64,000 nucleotides of DNA from Carcharhinus amblyrhynchos. Lineage: Eukaryota. The stretch spans positions 60,636,001 to 60,700,000 of the forward strand of contig OZ336885.1 in NCBI GenBank assembly GCA_965287045.1, given 5' to 3'. Positions 24,608 to 38,510 of this stretch are shown piece by piece; the first letter of the stretch is position 1; each line of letters starts with the position of its first letter. The position numbers and the translations under genes were made by a program. The notes beneath the pieces were generated by a model, which had not been told where the DNA came from, made no database searches, and worked only from the letters and a program-made list of their open reading frames with translations.

Positions 24608-26213
24608 CTGTTCAAAGAATATTTAAACGATGATTGCACATTTATTCAAAATGAATGAACAGTTGTGCCTCTGAATTTATCCACTGTTATCATAGGTTGA
24701 ATGCAAATATTTGCAGCAGTTACCTATTGGTGACGGAATTCATCCATTGAAGGCGTTCGGGCAAATTGATATTAATGCTTGAAAGAAATATCTGGGACCA
24801 TCAGATTTCTAAATCGTTATGAACAATTGAAATAATGAAGTCATTATGAAGTACGAAAATCTCTTCTTAAGTGCAGCAGGCTGATTGCTTCGTTTCGGGA
24901 AGATACAAGTTGGACATTGTTGAGAGGGATTGCGGAGTAGATTGACATACGTAGCAATGAGTATGACAGTGTAGCTTGATCCGCAAGAAAGCGATAAATG
25001 GTTGCATGATAATTTCATTACACTGATGCAAGAAGACAAAGATTTAGCAACATCAGTGCGTGGCATCAGATGCGATTGAATATTCTGCAAAGCTATTAGG
25101 TATGTCCCATTGGAATAAATGACTTGCATGTCTCAGGCCAAACTCCAATACTTTGGCTGGAATTGTACCGTCACCGCCGTCTGATTCCGTGGACGGGCCG
25201 GGCTTGGAGAACAGCATTCTCCATTGGCCTCGAGCGGTATCGTACGGAACTTGGACATACGTGCCGTTAAAATTCTGCTTTTTGTACTATTTCAAAAAAA
25301 GCAAACACGTTTAAATTTGGGAGATCCGGCCTCCTTCCGCGCTTTGTTTTTCTGGTCCTGTGATTCCGTTAAAGCAATTATTTACTTCTCTTCACCAGAT
25401 GTTCATACATTATTTCGGTATACCCGAGTTTAGAATATTTATGTTCAAACCTCAAATTCAAATCGGAAGTTACCACAATGCAAATGTCAAAATCTACCTT
25501 GTGCAGTAGAGCGAAAATTGTGCGAAAGCCACTTTATCTTATGCGTGCTATCAGGTCTAGCGTTGAAGGGAGATACGAGTTAATTGCAGCTGTGGATGGA
25601 GGGTAATTTGCCCAGGTCGGGTCCTGGCGATGTTGGGTGCGTTGCCTGTTATTTATAGGGTAGTCGGGGCGTAGAGTTTTCGGAAGAAGGTGTTTTAAAA
25701 GGTAGTGAGATGCTGTTATGGCATTGGGGTAATTTTTGGGATCAGGAGTTCTCTGCGTATGTTGTTTGTCCTGCATGTAATAGGGCGGGTAGTCCGGGTG
25801 CCTGATTGCGTGTTAGTTGGCGGTATTGTTGACAACGCATTCTGTGGATTGGCGTATTCTGGGGCTTAATATTTGGAGATGGTATTGGTTCAGTGGTCGC
25901 TTCGAAATAATTACTCATAAGGGGTTTTAATACTTCCGAATTTGCCTGCTGTGGCTAAAGTAAATTTGTGAAGTTGCAATTTGATATTAAAAAGTGTAAA
26001 GAATTGGAACATGCTGGAGGGGAGACACGAAAAACATTGCATGGTCCCTTTAAAAACTAGTGTTTGTTTCAGAGCTTGGAGGCTTAAAATGCAAAGCATA
26101 CAGAATTCAAGCTGAAACATTTGCATCAAAAGTCAAGCAATAACAAGACAATTTGTCTTGTTTTTTTTTAATCGCCCAATCAGTTTGAAGCAGGCACAAA
26201 GCTACCACGAACC

Positions 26214-26819
26214 TGTAATATTCGAATGTGATAATGTTGAGAAAATCATGCCAATCCTACTGTAGGGAAATTGATATGTCAACACAGGTATAAAATAAAA
26301 TGTAAGGGGGCGGGGGGAACAAGACATAGCAACTTCCACGTCTCAAGTCCGGAGAGGGAGACAGCAGCTGTCCACTCTGCCAGCTTCAGATATCTCTGAA
26401 GACAGTACGCCATCTAACCAGTGAAATGTACCAAATCAGAAAGAACGTAGACACAGTGAAATCAACTATGGTACTCCAGGAAGTTCCGAAAAACACAAAT
26501 CTTGGTTGTATATATTTTTTTCAGAGTGACTAATTTCTATTACTGTATTTTTTATATTAATGAATGGGCATTGCATTTATTTGAACATAATTATGTTTGA
26601 ATCTTATTCGATATGTTCTTTGTTTAGTTAAAGTTCCCTTAAAGAAGTTAAATGTTCATTTTAAAGTGAGTGTCAGGTATTTCTATTCGTTAACCAATAA
26701 AAAATATTGAAGGACAGTTCACTTTTCCATACACTTTTAAAAGATTATGAGATGACCAGTTCCTCTTTGGAGGATTCAGCATTATGCCTCAAACAGAGAT
26801 CAACCTCTGCATTGTAACA
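26214..26819 (+). mobile_element. Candidate solo LTR
   Basis: TGTAA...GTAACA termini, TATAAAA near 26288, AATAAA near 26696; no TSD seen. Confidence 0.45.
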
Positions 26820-27823
26820 CTTCCTAACTCTGTTGCTAAGTGATTGGATCGAAGTCGCCAATTTAGATCACATTATCCATAACTTTCTGTGCAAAATTAT
26901 TAGCAACCAAAGTTTGAACCTTCAAGGATATTCCTGCGCAATGCCTGAGATAATGTTTCTGGTGATGCTTAGCGCCTCTTTTAAGGTGCAGCCAGATGTA
27001 ACCTGTGGAGAACAGAACTTCAAAACCAATATTCGTCCAGCTGGGCAGTAGAATGTTTAATGAAGATTCAGTATGTCCTTTCCTTTCTCGACTAGTTAAT
27101 TTTGACCAGCATTTCATACCATTATCTGCCGTTGTGATTCTTTGGACTTTGCTATGAATGGAGATTTGATTGAGCGCTAAATTCTCCTGTCTTGCTCACA
27201 TCGGAGAATTCGTAGTTTGTACAGTCCAATAATCAGTTTGTGTTTCCAGCAGCTTGCCCCGCCGTTGTCAACCATATAGGCATTGCAATTATCCGATGAG
27301 TCCTCGCGTGCAGCCGCGTGCGAAATGTAATGCAGATATAGATATGTGGTTTGTATTAATTTACTGGCCTCTCATCGTTGTACGTATAAACATTGCAGAT
27401 GTAACATACATTTTCATTTACCTAGTTTTCTTCCATTCCTCAAGCCCATTCATGCTCGCGTGACAGATTTCCACTTGGAGCACACACATTTCAAACTTTG
27501 TTCCGTCACTTTCTTTTGTAATTTATTGTTGGTATCTGAGAGTCTCTGACAAAGCCAGAATTAGTTTATAATCTATAAATATGTTCAGAAACTGGCAACA
27601 AGAAGTTCTGAATAATTTGCAGTTAATTATGATGCTGTTCCTGATGAGTATGTCTGCAATGGTTTTACAATCAAAAGTCCACATTTGTAATGCACAAAAT
27701 GCATGCCTAACGACATCGTTTTCGAAGGAATAAACAGTGAAGCAAGCTGAAGACGTGCCATTAAGGCACTGCAGCCTGAAATATTTTGGTGATGGTGACA
27801 TTAATGGTAAGATTAGTGATCAC

Positions 27824-27897
27824 CGTAACGCTGTTGATTTCGAGAGGATGATTTCGATGAGTTAAATGCAGGTTGCAGACAAGCCCCCCTTCTACGG
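27824..27897 (-). CDS. Candidate exon following the 28036 micro-exon, (A)VEGGLVCNLHLTHRNHPLEINSVT
   Basis: Very strong acceptor tgtttttattttggtttcgttcag; open in phase 1; donor gtgatc uncertain. Confidence 0.35.
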
Positions 27898-28035
27898 CTG
27901 AACGAAACCAAAATAAAAACAATATCAAGAAGACAGGAAAAACGTGAATATGTTGCAGCGAGTGGAGGTGGGAGTGGGGAGGAGAGTGGGTGTGGGAGTT
28001 GCAAACGCGAACAAGGATCCACAGTGTTTACTAAC

Positions 28036-28071
28036 CTAAAGCTAGGCTGTCCGTCCTCAGTTTCTCTAACT
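28036..28071 (-). CDS. 36-nt micro-exon, (E)LEKLRTDSLAL
   Basis: acttatttcacag|AGTTAGAGAAACTGAGGACGGACAGCCTAGCTTTAG|gttagt. Confidence 0.75.
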
Positions 28072-28899
28072 CTGTGAAATAAGTAGAAAAAAAAACTCGA
28101 TTACGAAAATTTACCACTTGTGTATACCTTTCGTCGTATTAATGGCTGGATCGTGATCTAACAAGTGACAAGTGTACCAGCAGCACCAGTGTAAAGAAAA
28201 AAGTCCGTTGTATCACACACAGTCATAACTATTGAACTTTCGATACATTTTCAAGGGGTGAAATGAATCTCAGACAGCACATTATGTTTTTTTTTATGGA
28301 CAGCGCCGATTTTTCAGTCCGATTGGACATTGGAATATAGTACGCAGCCGCCATACACGTTCTCCATGACCTTTTTTTTTAAGAATGCATGCATTAAATG
28401 TAAAGTCATTTTTCAATATGTGTGTATATGCGCGCCTATATCTCTTAAAACCTTAAATCTGCGTCCATTTGTCAATGCATTACCGGCTAATGGGAAGAAA
28501 CAATTTTGCACTGTCTATACTGTGTTTCAGTATGTTCAGGCATTCATTACCATTATTCCAAATTGTTTTCCGTTAAATTCTCGTGAAAAGAAAATCGGAC
28601 GGGATCCAAACAGGCAATTCGTTGGCGATCACATATATCAACCGATTTCAAAACTCCACACTGTTGCAAAAGGCAAGCTACAAAACTGTATATCTGGGAG
28701 AGAAAATTCACACACACACGGGAGTCCGAGATTACTTCCAATACTTGACAAGAGACTTCTACCATCTCGAGAGTTCACAAAAACTCGGATTCTACTCTTT
28801 CAAACAGAGAAGATTAAAAATTAAGTTGACCGAAATGATATAGTATTTCTTGCAAGAGAAAGGCGACATTTAGGCAATTGAGTCAATGTCGGCTCTCCA

Positions 28900-29710
28900 C
28901 AGATGAATCGGGTCAGTGCTTTTGACCTTCTCAAAGGCCAGCAGTGTTCGTTCCTGTAAGGGCTGATCATTTCATTCACAAGTCGCCCATCACCAGCTGA
29001 TCACTCCTCTTCTACCACCCCCATTACCACTCATTGATTAAGGAAGGCTGAAATGTCCTCGAATCTCCCTGCGTTACGCGCCGAACTGTTAGGTCGGCTT
29101 CTGCTTGCCCACATGATATCATTCAGTCGGAAACACTTTCTCTGTTCTATTTCATCAACATCCGTCAAAATCTCCTGTATTTCTGCGGGATCTTCTGTCA
29201 TTACTCTTTACTGCAAACAGATGCAATCCCGTCTTTTATAACCTAACTCTGAACCAAAGCGCTCCAGCCTTGGAACCTCTCTGATATTCTTTTGCACACT
29301 CTCGAGGACGTTCACATACTTCCACAATGTGGTGCTCGATACTGGACACAATGCTCCAATTGGGGCCTGGCCAGATTTCTCGAATGGTGCACCATAAATT
29401 CCTTTATTTAATGCGTAATGCCCCTGATCATAACGTTGCTACTTACTGTCAAATTAGTCTGCCATCTTCACAGATCGATGTCCCTGCTCGCTTGTTTCTG
29501 TCTGCTCTTGCATGCTCAATGCTACTCTGCTATTAAAGTTATGTTGCTTTCTATATCCCTTCTATCAAAATGCATCACAGATCAAATGCACTTTTCTATA
29601 CGACTATATTTCTGGTGCTTGACGACCCGTCTGTTAGTTTATATACTATATGAGAGACGAATTGAACAATTCTCACTGCTTTCCCTCCTCCAAATTTGGT
29701 AGCATTCGAA
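28900..29710 (-). mobile_element. Old CR1 3' fragment
   Basis: tactggacacaatgctccaattggggcct (cf. RPQLEYCVQFW on minus strand). Confidence 0.65.
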
Positions 29711-30744
29711 TAAAGCTTCAGAATGAACATTTGCCACGATTCGCTGTTTTCAGTCATGCCGTTTTGTTTTAATGTCGATTTGGATAAACCGTTCTTACCC
29801 AGGATTCTCAGTTTCTTCTTATACAGACTTGTGTGTCATTTTTCAAAATCGATGTCTATTCAAATCGAGACGGAACTTCATGGACTGGGCGTGGAAGCTG
29901 CTTTCCGCATCAACATGGCCAGAAGAATACAATCGAATTCGCAATGTTTCTTGGTGGGATATTCATATTTTTATCTTTGTTGTGTACAGGGAACATTTTG
30001 TTTGAAAGTATGTCAACATATTTCAGATATCACTTTACTAAAGGGAGTTTTGTATAATATATAAAGGATTTTTCCAAGGGAAAGGGGATAAAACAGTGAG
30101 AGTGCAACCCACATTTTTTGAGAAACTGATAGGGTTTTTTTTCATGACCCACATCCCAATCTGCCGGGTCAAGATGCTTTTCCTATTCCTATACGCACCA
30201 GGCCCTGCCGTCGAATGGATAGTAGAACAGAGCACGAGGACAGGGTTAGTCCCTGCGGCCCACCAAACCTGTGCCCGCAAGTGACGGCTCTCTGAACTAA
30301 GTAGATTTTGCCTCCATATGATTCCTACTATTCCCTCTTATTCATGTACTGGAAAAAAATGCTTCTTAAACATTGCATTTGTATCTGTTTGTACCATCTC
30401 CTCTGACATTGCGTTGTATGTACTTAACAAACTCTGCGCAAAAGGGAAAATCTCTCACAACTCCTTTAATCTTTCCTCCTTTTACCTTAATCGCACGTCC
30501 CGTAGAAATTAACATTCCCACCCTGGGAAGTTCCAAAGTTCTTATCTTAATTGAAATGCTCTTTGCTATCGATCAGGAGCGCAGTCCTGGATTTAACTAT
30601 CGACAAAAAAAGAAACGGATGCACGTGCAACAATTGCACATTTTGATCATTTATTTCCATTGCTGCCTTCCTGCTCTGAAACAATCAATCACTCTCGCTC
30701 TCCATTGGAAATTTAAACATGAAAAATGTACAAGAAACACATAC

Positions 30745-30771
30745 CTCTCATTTTCTCAAGACTTATTTCGT
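30745..30771 (-). CDS. 27-nt micro-exon, (D)EISLEKMR
   Basis: aatttaaacag|ACGAAATAAGTCTTGAGAAAATGAGAG|gtatgt. Confidence 0.65.
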
Positions 30772-31123
30772 CTGTTTAAATTATACAAACGTGAATATTT
30801 TTAAACAGCACAGATTGTGGCACTTTAATTATCACACTGCTGCGGGCGCAAGTTGCAGATCGTCAGAAAATAATATCAATAACAAAGACCGCATAAATTG
30901 ATGGTCGAGAAGGCAAGAACTAACATAAATCTTATTTTATAAATTGGCATTAACCTCCTCGTAACAGTCAATGGATTCGTTGTTTTAAATGCAGACGCAG
31001 GTGTCATGTACCAAAAAGAGGTAGCCAATCGGCTTATCACAGTATTCAGAAAACAGCACAGCATCTCAATCAGCTGGTTTAAGTGTGCAGTTTCAATTGC
31101 AGCTGTATATCGGCGCAGGCTAC

Positions 31124-31435
31124 CAGGAACATCAAAGTCAGAGGGTACTCCCAATGATTCGTAGTCTGAAACTAAATCCGATGCTAAATCCGATTGAAGA
31201 CATCTCCGAGAATACAACACTCCTTTCGCAGTATCGGACTGGAAAAGTCAACCTGCCTTATTGCCCGAAGTCGCCAGAGCGTGATTCGAAACCATAGATT
31301 TCTGGATCAGATTTGACCTTGTTGCTTGCGGTTAAAAGTCATGGTAAATTTCATTTTCAAATAAGGAGATCGATGCATGTTAACCGCGACCTCTGTGGAC
31401 GGGTGATCACATTCAACTCTGATCTGAGACATTGT
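31124..31435 (-). pseudogene. Degenerate linker-type exon, 5' boundary uncertain
   Basis: VSNHALATSGNK resembles ISNDLLAVSGVK of 56116-56310; internal stop and frameshift; phase-1 donor cctg|gtagcc. Confidence 0.35.
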
Positions 31436-32680
31436 TAGCCCGGCACACCATAATAACCAGCAAATAATACTTCTCAAATTAAGCGGTACAAGTGTCTGTT
31501 TGTCTTTGCGCTTTAAGGTTCTTCTATAAAATTGCATTCGTAGACGTCGACAAAATGGCGGAAGTTACTTCATGGGAGCGTAAGGAAGGGATCTGGATTT
31601 GAAATTCCAGAGTGAACACTGTGAATATCTGGATTATGTCGTGAGTACAATATTCTTAACCCATCCATCTGTTCAAACATGTATGTTTCACTGTCCTCCT
31701 TTGAAAAAAAAACTTTCCAACAATATATCAATCTTTAAGTAAGTTTTCCTTAGTTTTGACAACGACGTAATGTTTTTGATAGGGTCTAAAAGAGGAGAGC
31801 AAAAAGGCAGTAGAAGGAAAACAACAATATATACAAACAAACAGTAAGTATGCTGGACTGAAAGAAATTACAATTCTGTTCTCACCAGCCTTTATCTTTT
31901 GTTCTGTTAATTTGTAAAACAAGGACGTATGTTCAATGCGGACACGGCGTTGAATTCGCTGCCTATGCGCAAGTAAGTGCCTCGCAAATAACTTTAAAAA
32001 TCGCTGAGGGCCACGAAAGAAAGATTTGATCCGGTTGTTCTACCAATCGCCGAGTCTGATCGGATCTTGTGGCTTAACGTGAGGGTGGATGAATGGCCGC
32101 TCTTTTTTAAGTGTGGTCACTAATAAAGGAATGCAAACAATCGCAATAATAACAGGCAACATAATATAGGGGAAGCATTAACGTTAGATTCCTCGAGGTT
32201 TCATTATAGATTTCAACGATAAAGGGATGAATGATTGAGACATGGAGGTGGGGTTAAATACATTGTCACATGTTTCAAAATGTATTTTATTTAGCTAATA
32301 TGTGATCTTTCTCACTGTATTGGGAACATGAAGGAAAAACAAATTGAGTGTCGCCTTCTTTTCCGACAAAAACACAATGCCACAATGGCATAATGTGCAG
32401 TAGTCATTCCAAACGCAACAGCAATTGATGGGATGTGGGGCTCGCTGGTTGACAAGCATTTTTTGTCCATCCTGACAAACCCTTGAGAAATTGGTGCTGG
32501 GATGCCTTCGCGAAGTGCAATCCCTAAGATGTAGGCGCACACAGATTGCTGCAATGAAGGAAGTTGCAGGATATTGACCCAGGAGCAATGAAGGAACGGC
32601 CGATATGTTTCCAAGTCTGCGTGGTGGGTGATTGAACGGCAAGGTATGATTTCCAATAGTGTACAGATCCAGCAACTCAC

Positions 32681-32716
32681 CTAACTTATTAATTTTCTTC
32701 TGCAAAGCTTCCAGCT
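32681..32716 (-). CDS. 36-nt micro-exon, (E)LEALQKKINKL
   Basis: ggtttgttttcag|AGCTGGAAGCTTTGCAGAAGAAAATTAATAAGTTAG|gtgagt. Confidence 0.8.
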   Translation of the reverse strand, partial: SWKLCRRKLIS

Positions 32717-33028
32717 CTGAAAACAAACCATGGGTGACATCACATTGAAATACAAGAAAAAAAGCATAATCGGACAAAGTAAGGAAATTCAAGTAAGCAA
32801 TCCATGCATATTGAAAAGCGAACTTCCGGATAACATGATGACAGCGCCAAGTTGATTTGTGACCTAAACGAACTGGTCATACTGGGGCTATTACACTACT
32901 GGTCAACGTTTAACCAATAGTTAAATAATAGCACGTGATGAAATATCCTCACAGCAGTCTCATCAGAAAAAGAAGATGCAAGAGCAAAAATATAAATGAG
33001 GGAAGGCCGTGGGGGTATGTATATATAA

Positions 33029-33030
<2 letters not shown>

Positions 33031-33062
<32 letters not shown>
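33031..33062 (+). repeat. (AC)16 microsatellite
   Basis: Perfect run. Confidence 0.95.
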
Positions 33063-33067
<5 letters not shown>

Positions 33068-33068
<1 letters not shown>

Positions 33069-33385
33069 AGGGGCTATTTAGTCCTTTGAATCTGCACAGA
33101 CCCTTCAATACAGCTCTACTCAGATTTTATCCAAAGCTAAATCCCCTAATCTACAATTTTCGGACGCTGAAAGGCAGTTTAGCATGGCTAATCCAACCAG
33201 TTCGTATACCTTTGGCCTATAGAAAACACGAGCATCCGGAGGAAAGTTACAGTGAGAACGGAAGCATCAGGAGGAGACTCAGGGCAACAACATTCAAAAT
33301 CCATACAGTTGCTGAAGGCAGAATTGAACGCGGGTCCCTGGCGCCCTGAAGCAACAATGCCAACACTGTTCGACCGTGCTGTCTT
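33068..33385 (-). mobile_element. HE1-type SINE, diverged
   Basis: Reverse complement of SINE head (ccgtgctgtc) and core (ttagcatggctaatcc). Confidence 0.75.
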
Positions 33386-33559
33386 GTACCACCAGCGGAA
33401 GAATCGAAAACAAAGGTGTGCGGGTGTAATTTAGTTACCAAATCAGCAATGCAGACATGTGAATAAAAAAACTTCCACGCAGTGAAGGGTTGAATAGGTC
33501 AAATGTCTTCCAAAAATGTCGCGGTGAAGTTTGGTTCACTCGATTTACTCAAATGGTAA

Positions 33560-33962
33560 TCGGATTACTTTACATTTGATCCCATTCTCCATTTTATCAC
33601 CCTCCTTCTTTCCATCCTACGTCCCTTCTTCAGGTTAAGTACCACACTACGTAGACAGTCCTTTATCAGGCTGCAACTTTGTTTTGCCATTAACCCACTC
33701 TGATCCCTTAATGGAAACTTTCAACACCTTATCAGCATTCTACATGCTCATTTATATTCACTTTGTGCAATTCCAACACCCCTCCCTAACCACATTGTAT
33801 AAAGCTCGGCTGACTCTTTCTTCTCAGCTGTGACGAAGGGTCATCTCTAGACTCAGAAGCTTGGCTCTACTCTCTCTCCACAGATGCTGGCAGACCTGCT
33901 GAGATTTTCCACCATTTTGCTGTTTTTCTCTCATATTCCAGCATCCGTAGTATTTTGCTTTT
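33560..33962 (+). mobile_element. Penelope-derived terminal fragment
   Basis: tgacgaagggtcatctctagactc...ctctccacagatgctggcagacctgctgag. Confidence 0.65.
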
Positions 33963-35329
33963 ATCTGTGACAATTGGCTTTATATCTGAAAAGGAAGGCG
34001 GTTTCGTCCAATGTGAGTAGAAATTGGAGTGGTTTGAAATGATTGTCTCATTCAGAAAACCAGCACTGTGACAATGGGATCGAATGACCTCCTGTTTCAA
34101 TAATAAAATCAATAATCCTCGCGATTGTTTATCGTAAGCAAATAAGAGGGTAACAAATACAAAAACAAACAAACAAAAAAAGAACAACGGAATAAAGCGT
34201 AACAACCAACTTTTCGTTACAGATCCATCATTCAAGACGGCCAAGAGTCATCTTTAGGCGTAATTCGGCATAATCGCGAATTTACTTAAATAGTTTAAGC
34301 ACATAGAAATCTGTCGTTCTTTCACAGTCAGATAGTACAAAATCCTGTTGTGTGGAGAATTCCAAAGGGGCAATAACTCACCAGGCGAATAACGTTGTCC
34401 ATGTTCCAGCATTCAATAGCTAGAACCTTAGTGTAAGACTATGACGCCAGTTACAGACTGCCTAGAGAAAGGGGACAACCTTGTAGCATGTATCCAAACA
34501 ACTCCAATGCGGGCAAGAAAAAAAATTATTGCGGGAACCTCCTGTTATTGTAAGCTATTAAAATAGAGATGTTCCAGCTGGAATGAACAATGTGAACATT
34601 ATAATAAAACATGCATATTGAATGCTGCTTCAGGGAGACTCGGCTATGATTCTTTTTCCCTTTCTTTGACAGTCTCTTGAAGTCGAGAATGACTTTCCAC
34701 AATGAAAATGAATTCTCAGGTGAAGGAAGAGTCAAGCACGAAGCCTATCATCTCGATCGCAGAAGAGCCGATAGTCGGAGGAAAAGGTACATGGGATTCC
34801 CGCAGGCGCGCATGTCATTTAGGCGCTTTAGGCAATGAAACATAAAGTACTCGGTTTCTTTCTCATTGCTTTCCCTTCGACATAGATGGTCTTGGAACTC
34901 GAATTCACAGGTGTCTGTTGTGATGTTGCACTATTTCTAGGGGAGCTGAATGTGTCCTTGAAGTTTTTCTGCTACCTTTTAGCTCATTTACCCTCCGAAA
35001 TCTCTGAGACAGGTACCAACTGTGATAGTTCTGTGTGAAGCATGCAGACGATTTGTCATGTCAAGCAGAGCTGATTGAGCATTGTCAATACCGCAGTGCT
35101 GGGGATGCTGGACTGAGTGAGAAACCGGAATAAGTGCGCCTATTCTGTAAATAGATATTCCTGACCATGGGGAGAATGCGCTGGTACTGCTTCTCCAGGG
35201 GTTTGAGTGCCTTCTGTGCTTTGCAGATATACCTGAGTCCTACAGAAAGGCATGCACCACTACTGCTCTGTCGATCAGGAGCCATCTGCTGGGTCTGAGG
35301 CCCTGATCTTCAACGTTCTTCACCCTCGT

Positions 35330-35892
35330 AACATAAGAACATAAGAACATAAGAAATAGGAGCAGGAGTAGGCCATCCAGCCCTTCGAGCCTGCCCCGCC
35401 ATTCAATAAGATCATGGCTGATCTGTCGTGTCTCAGTTCCACATCCCCGCCCTCTCCCCATAACCCTTAATCCCCTCGCTTATCAAAAACCTATCAACCC
35501 GCGTCTTAAAAATATTTAGCGAGGCAGCCTCCACCACCTCAACGGGCAGAGAATTCCAGAGATTCACCACCCTTTGAGTGAAGAAGTTCCTCCTCAACTC
35601 CGTTCTAAACCGCCCCCCCCCCCTTTATCTTGAGGCTGTGCCCCCTAGTCCTACTGTCCTTTCTGAGCGGGAAGAGCCTCTCCACCTCTATCCTATCCAT
35701 CCCATTCATCATCTTATACGTCTCAATGAGATCTCCCCTCATTCTTCTAAACTCTAACGAGTACAAGCCTAGTTTATTCAGCCTCTCCTCATAGCTCAAC
35801 CCCCTCAACTCCGGTATCAGCCGAGTAAACCTCCTCTGCACTCCCTCCAAGGCCAAAATATCCATGCGTAAGTACGGCGACCAAAACAGCAG
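35330..35892 (-). mobile_element. Young 5'-truncated CR1 LINE
   Basis: DILALEGVQRRFTRLIPELRG... almost identical to 53351-54551; (ttcttatg)n tail; frameshift at poly-C near 35613. Confidence 0.95.
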
Positions 35893-35911
35893 ATGGAATT
35901 GCTTCCATACG

Positions 35912-36205
35912 GCGGTTCAATTCCGTCCTAGGTGACTGACTGTCTGGAGTTTGCACTTTCCCTCCATGCCTGCATGGATATCCTCCGGGTGCCCTGAGTT
36001 CTGCCCAAAGTCCAAAGATGTGCAGGTTAGGTCCAGCAGTCATACTAAATTCGCTCCTCGTGTCCAAGGTGCACAGATTAGAGTGATTGGTATGGTACAT
36101 ACTTGGGTAATTGGTATAAGGCGGGATTGGACCTTGGTTGGATGTTCTGTTGGAGAGACAATGTGGACTCGATGGGATACATCTTCCTTCTGCATTGAAG
36201 GGGCT
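35912..36205 (+). mobile_element. HE1-type SINE lacking its head
   Basis: ggttcaattcc...ggagtttgcac...tccaaagatgtgcaggttagg. Confidence 0.8.
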
Positions 36206-36229
36206 CAATAATTTATTGACACCTCGTTA

Positions 36230-38510
36230 ATTTCCTCTGGCGGTCCCAATGAATGGAAGATGGTCCATATTATCCAAAACCCTTTTGACGACGAGAGTTT
36301 AAGCAGTAGTATATTCAAACAACGTTCATTTATGTGGTCGAAATTCTGACCACGTAGGTTTACAAGAGAAAAAGGCAATGCAATTTGCTAATTGGCTTCA
36401 AGGCAGACAGAACGGGGCAGGGATTAGCTGTTCAGAGGGCCACATGGGGAAGAGGTACTCCACTATGTTTAGTGCTTGAAATACGGGTGTTGACACTTTT
36501 CAATAACTGCTTGGAGTTTGCAAATGAAAAGACTATATGTAAATGCATGGATAGTCAATCTGTGTAATGTGGCAAACAATTCCTGGGGGATGGTAAATAA
36601 ACTCGCAGATTTGGCAGAGCAAGATTACTGAAGTTCAGCATTGATAAATATGATGCAGCAAATTTTGTTAGGAAAATATTAAAAGTCTCTTCAGAGGAAC
36701 ATTCATGCATTTCCAGAGTGACCAAATCTGGATCCAGTTGTTTAATTCTGGGCTAATTCTGTGCAGAAAATTTCACCATACATTTCTAGCTTTGGCATTC
36801 AATTCCTCTGTGCAGCCAAATCGCCAACATGATTTGCTGACTGCTCTGACAATAATAGCTGCCACTTCAAAGATCTCTGAATATATATCATCAACTTAGT
36901 CTCTGTAAGCACAGATTTTAGGACTTTTCCGTTCATGTATATTGCCCTTTCAATCAAGTCTGTCAAATTGATTGATTTGAAGTTCTATGCCATGTTTCAG
37001 CCGTCAGTTCTGCCAACTGATCATGTCATGTAGATTGGTATTTTCGGGACACTGATGCAGCTTTTTAAATCTGTATCCCAATATGGAAATCATACACTCA
37101 ATCACGATCAAACATAAACTGTCAACCATACGAATAGATACGTGAATATATATGTATGTATATATGTATACATATATACAATCCTCATACGTGAACAAGC
37201 TAACCATTCATTATGGTTCCTTGCATTCTGTCTTTAAGTGCTAGTTTTTCGTTTTAAGCTGACATTGACCTTCCAAATTCATGATCCTTAATTTTCTTAC
37301 GCCGCATTTTTAAATCATTTTGCTGAATGCTTTTCTTAAAATCGTATAAGTTCAACTTCTGTCCATTTACATTTTCTACGACTTCATCCAATGATCCCCT
37401 TTGATTCGCGGGAAACAACTCATTTTTACAAACGTGTTCCCGTTCTCCTCAATTAATTCTAAAAGTTACATACCGTGTTGTTTCTTCCACCAGATTTTTT
37501 TTCTCGCAAGCCTTTCACTCGGAGTGTGGTGATACATGATATTTGTGAAATATGTTCATTACTTAGACTTTGGTGCACAGGACACAATTTCAAGTTTCGG
37601 ATAATGAGAATCAGGGCAGCATTGCGAACTATGAGGGAAACGCTCAGATTTTTTTTTGAACTGAAATTGTCATTTTGGTGTATTGGTAAATGAGGTTCAG
37701 TGCAACAAAGTGTGAAACGACTCAATGTGATGGGAAGAACACAGCGAAGAGATATAACATGCAGGGTAAATTGCTAATGGAACAGAGGGACTTTTTGCAT
37801 ATGTGCACGATTCGATAATGGTCTCCTCCAACTCCTATTTTCTATGTTTCTATATTTCTATCTCCCTCGCCAATTATTGATTCTGGATTTGTTTTTCAAA
37901 ACTTACGATCGTGCAGGGATCTATCCAAATTCTCCCTACAATAATTCATCTCCGAAGGAAGTTCCTCGTTAATAGATTTTCCGACGCATATTTGCCTCTG
38001 CTTTACTCTTATGTGGTCCACTTGTAGCCCTCTGAACAGAGTGCTCTTATAGTTTTAAATTTCTTCTTTAGTTTTATCGTTGTTATTCTCTGTCATGCAT
38101 TAAAGGCTTATGATACGATGATAGCAATTAACCAAACATTTACACGCACTAACTCAGTCCATATGCCCTGCTTTATCGCTCAACACAGGTCCAGCAATGT
38201 CACGTTTCTGGCTGGACTCAGAAGACACAAGTTGAGAAAGTTCTTTACAGCATAATTTAAATTTTCCTCCACGACGGCGTTCCAAGAAATTGTTACGGTA
38301 CCGAAATTCCATTAATATTTACATTTAATTTGCATGTGATTTCTGAAATTCTCCTATGGATATTTTATGCTATCTTTCACCATGCGTCAGGTGCAACCAC
38401 ATTTTACTTTTGCTGCTGTGCCCTGAACAAAACAATTATATGTCTGCCCTTCATGGAAGGTTGGTTTATTCCAGCGTAACAACTTCTTCTCAAATCAATA
38501 CTCTCACCTC
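36230..38510. mobile_element. Mosaic of old CR1 fragments in both orientations
   Basis: Degenerate RT motifs 36400-36690 (+), 36700-37440 (-), 37600-37860 (+), endonuclease-region fragment 38100-38510 (-). Confidence 0.55.
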
